DNA from: an uncultured Anaerolinea sp.
GTDB lineage: Bacteria > Chloroflexota > Anaerolineae > Anaerolineales > UBA4823
NCBI GenBank assembly: GCA_964531975.1
Contig: CAZHFU010000011.1
Span: 36,233 to 100,232 of the forward strand
Reading direction: 5' to 3'
DNA: 64,000 bases
Within the stretch, counting starts at the first letter, position 1; the number at the start of each line of letters is the position of its first letter. Shown here piece by piece: positions 61,984 to 64,000 of the stretch. The notes under the pieces were generated by a model, which was given only the letters and a program-made list of their open reading frames with translations, was not told where the DNA came from and made no database searches. A program made the position numbers and the translations under genes.

Positions 61984-63417
61984 ATGGAACCTGAAGAAGA
62001 GAATTTTATCGAACCCGAAAATGACAATCTGGAAGACACAAAACCACGCAAGGCGCTGCCTGAGCGTGAAGACGCCGCACCCGATTTAGCGCAAGAAAGC
62101 GAAGCTCAGGAAGATTTGGCGCAGACCCGTGCTAGCGCCGCCCCATCGATAAGCGGGACGCCGCACTCGACTGCGCCCGCAGACGGACTGTTCTCCATAA
62201 GCGAAGCCGGCGAGGCCCCCGACCAGGCCGAGACCCGTGCGATGCCGCCCGCCCGGCGCAACGAGGAAGGCTATTCGGAGACGATCCCTCCCCCCGCAGA
62301 TATGTCGCCGCCAGCGGCGCCGCCCGGCGAGCCGCCTCAGGCCGCCTCCTGGCAAGCTTCGGACGGGCGGTCGGATGAACGCGCCGCGGCGCCGGCTGCG
62401 AGGCCGCGCCCAGCTGCTAAAAAGGGCGGCAAGCCGCCGGTGAAGCGCGTCGCCAAAAAGCGCCCCAGCGCAAGGTGGCTGCTATGGCTGCTGGCAGGGA
62501 TGGCGATTTTGTTAGTGATCGCTTTGGTGGGGGCCGGATCGGGTTATAGCGCGGGCATCGAGCTGCGGAAGCAGGCCCAAGGCACCCAGGCGGCTGGTTC
62601 GGCTATGGATCAATTCCAGCGCGGCCTGGAGGATATGGCGCAGGGCAATTATTACCGCGCCCAACAACGCTTTGAGTACGTCATCCGGCTCGATCCGGGT
62701 TTTCCGGGGGCGGCGGATAAGCTGGCTGAGGCGATCATGTACGCGAACGCCACCGCCACACCCACCACGCCACCCACCCCCACGTTGACCCCCACGCCAG
62801 ATACGCGCGCCGTGGACGACCTATGGAATCAGGCCCAAAACGCCATGGGCAGCAAAGATTGGAACGCCGCCATCGACGCTCTGCTGGCTTTGCGCGGCAA
62901 AGATATTAATTTCCACGTGGTGGATGTAGACGGGATGTTGTTCATCGCGCTGCGCAACCGCGGCTACCAAAAGATTACCCAGGCCGACCTGGAAAGCGGT
63001 ATATACGATCTTTCGCTGGCCTCTAATTTTGGCCCGCTCGATTCAGAGGCCGAAGGATTGATGAGCTGGTCGCAGATGTACATCACCGGGGCGAGTTTCT
63101 GGGGCATCGACTGGCAGCAAGTCATCGATTACTTCGTTCAGGTTGCGCCGCAAATGCCCAACCTGATGGATAATTCCGGTTTAACCGCCACCGAACGCCT
63201 GCGCCAGGCTTACTTCGAGTATGGCAACCAGTTGGCGTCTCAAGGGCAAGCCTGTAAAGCCCTGGAGCTTTACCAACAATCTTTAGCGATTGCCCCGAAC
63301 AGCGAAGTCGAAACGGCCATGAACACGGTGGCGAAGCAGTGCGGCGGCGGTGAGGCCCAAGGTACTCCTGGCGACCCGCAGAAAACACCCAAAAAGAATA
63401 AGACGCCCACGCCATGA
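61984..63417 (+). CDS. membrane-anchored protein with an acidic/Pro-rich N-terminus and a TPR-like C-terminal domain
   Basis: TM helix WLLWLLAGMAILLVIALVGAG. TATAAT 61970-61975 lies 8 nt before the ATG with no SD. Confidence 0.5.
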   Translation: MEPEEENFIEPENDNLEDTKPRKALPEREDAAPDLAQESEAQEDLAQTRASAAPSISGTPHSTAPADGLFSISEAGEAPDQAETRAMPPARRNEEGYSETIPPPADMSPPAAPPGEPPQAASWQASDGRSDERAAAPAARPRPAAKKGGKPPVKRVAKKRPSARWLLWLLAGMAILLVIALVGAGSGYSAGIELRKQAQGTQAAGSAMDQFQRGLEDMAQGNYYRAQQRFEYVIRLDPGFPGAADKLAEAIMYANATATPTTPPTPTLTPTPDTRAVDDLWNQAQNAMGSKDWNAAIDALLALRGKDINFHVVDVDGMLFIALRNRGYQKITQADLESGIYDLSLASNFGPLDSEAEGLMSWSQMYITGASFWGIDWQQVIDYFVQVAPQMPNLMDNSGLTATERLRQAYFEYGNQLASQGQACKALELYQQSLAIAPNSEVETAMNTVAKQCGGGEAQGTPGDPQKTPKKNKTPTP

Positions 63418-63926
63418 GCATTCCCGCATGGGCGCTTTCGACCGCCTATTGGCTGCATATGTTGGCGACAGTGACCTGGATCGGAGGGCTGGCGGCGTTG
63501 GCGATTTTTGTTTTGCCCGCCGCCCGCGCCGCCCTCGACCCGCCGGCTTTGGCGGCTTTTCTCACCAAACTGCAAAAACGCTTTGACCCCCTGGCCTGGT
63601 TTAGCCTGGCGCTGTTGGCCGGCACAGGCATGTTTCAGATGAGCGCCAACCCCAATTACCAGGGCTTCCTGGCGATCCAAAACACCTGGGCGGCGGCCAT
63701 TCTGGTCAAACATATCTTATTCTTTGGCATGGCCGGCCTTTCGGCGTACCTCTCGTGGGGGTTGATGCCGGAAATGCGCCGCCTGGCGCTGCGCCGGGCC
63801 GGCGGCCTGGCGCTGGATGAGGCCGCCGCGGCCCGCCTGGAAGCCCGCCAAACGCGCCTGATGCAGATCAACCTGGCCCTGGGGGTGGTGGTGTTGCTGC
63901 TAACTTCAATCGCCAGGGCGGCTTAA
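63414..63926 (+). CDS. CopD-like membrane protein
   Basis: 170 aa, 4 TM helices. WLHMLATVTWIGG motif. ATGA overlap with the upstream gene. Confidence 0.55.
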   Translation: MSIPAWALSTAYWLHMLATVTWIGGLAALAIFVLPAARAALDPPALAAFLTKLQKRFDPLAWFSLALLAGTGMFQMSANPNYQGFLAIQNTWAAAILVKHILFFGMAGLSAYLSWGLMPEMRRLALRRAGGLALDEAAAARLEARQTRLMQINLALGVVVLLLTSIARAA

Positions 63927-64000
63927 GCGGCGTTCGGCTGGTTGGAGAGTGGGCCGGAGACGGCCAACGGCTGCGCTAATCTCAGCGCATTGTGTTGCGC

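Overview
The window has two parts. Positions 1 to about 44.1 kb are most of a tailed-phage prophage; its left end lies outside the window. Positions 44.2-64 kb are ordinary high-GC host chromosome.

Prophage. The + strand has a lambda-like order: promoter and terminator, lysis genes, ParB-methyltransferase, terminase, portal, MuF, protease-scaffold, capsid, connectors, tail tube, G/GT chaperone with a -1 frameshift, tape measure, fibres. The - strand carries the early genes: an initiator with an internal iteron origin, small zinc proteins, a SNF2 helicase and an IbrA-GNAT-IbrB cluster. A tyrosine integrase sits next to a 3' fragment of tRNA-Lys(UUU).

Host. The genes are an MFS transporter, trmD, two TPR proteins, CIRCE-groES-groEL, two large membrane proteins, RNase J, an EamA transporter, a GNAT, pcm, an LLM oxidoreductase, an M42 peptidase, a thioesterase and a CopD-like protein. 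The lineage cannot be fixed from sequence alone. Chloroflexota-like is a weak guess.

Most interesting observations:
1. Two promoter / short leader / intrinsic terminator cassettes (1472-1599 and 13937-14156) imply antitermination-dependent late expression. No recognisable Q protein is present.
2. A 13-nt quasi-palindrome, TTTGCACGCAAAC, occurs four times. A related GCACGC array lies at 39016-39055.
3. A low-GC island inside the head module encodes a 71-aa protein and a ClpP-fold (SDH/S49-like) serine protease. An oppositely oriented TPR-membrane gene sits beside it.
4. The MuF protein carries a lower-GC C-terminal extension that looks like a fused nuclease or toxin.
5. A SNF2 / PAPS-reductase(IbrA) / GNAT / ParB(IbrB) block may be a DNA-modification module.
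6. A perfect consensus promoter with an embedded palindrome drives two unknown genes.
7. A duplicated fibre junction carries two small ORFs built from 54-bp (18-aa) tandem repeats.

All functional calls come from motif recognition by eye. No database search was run.
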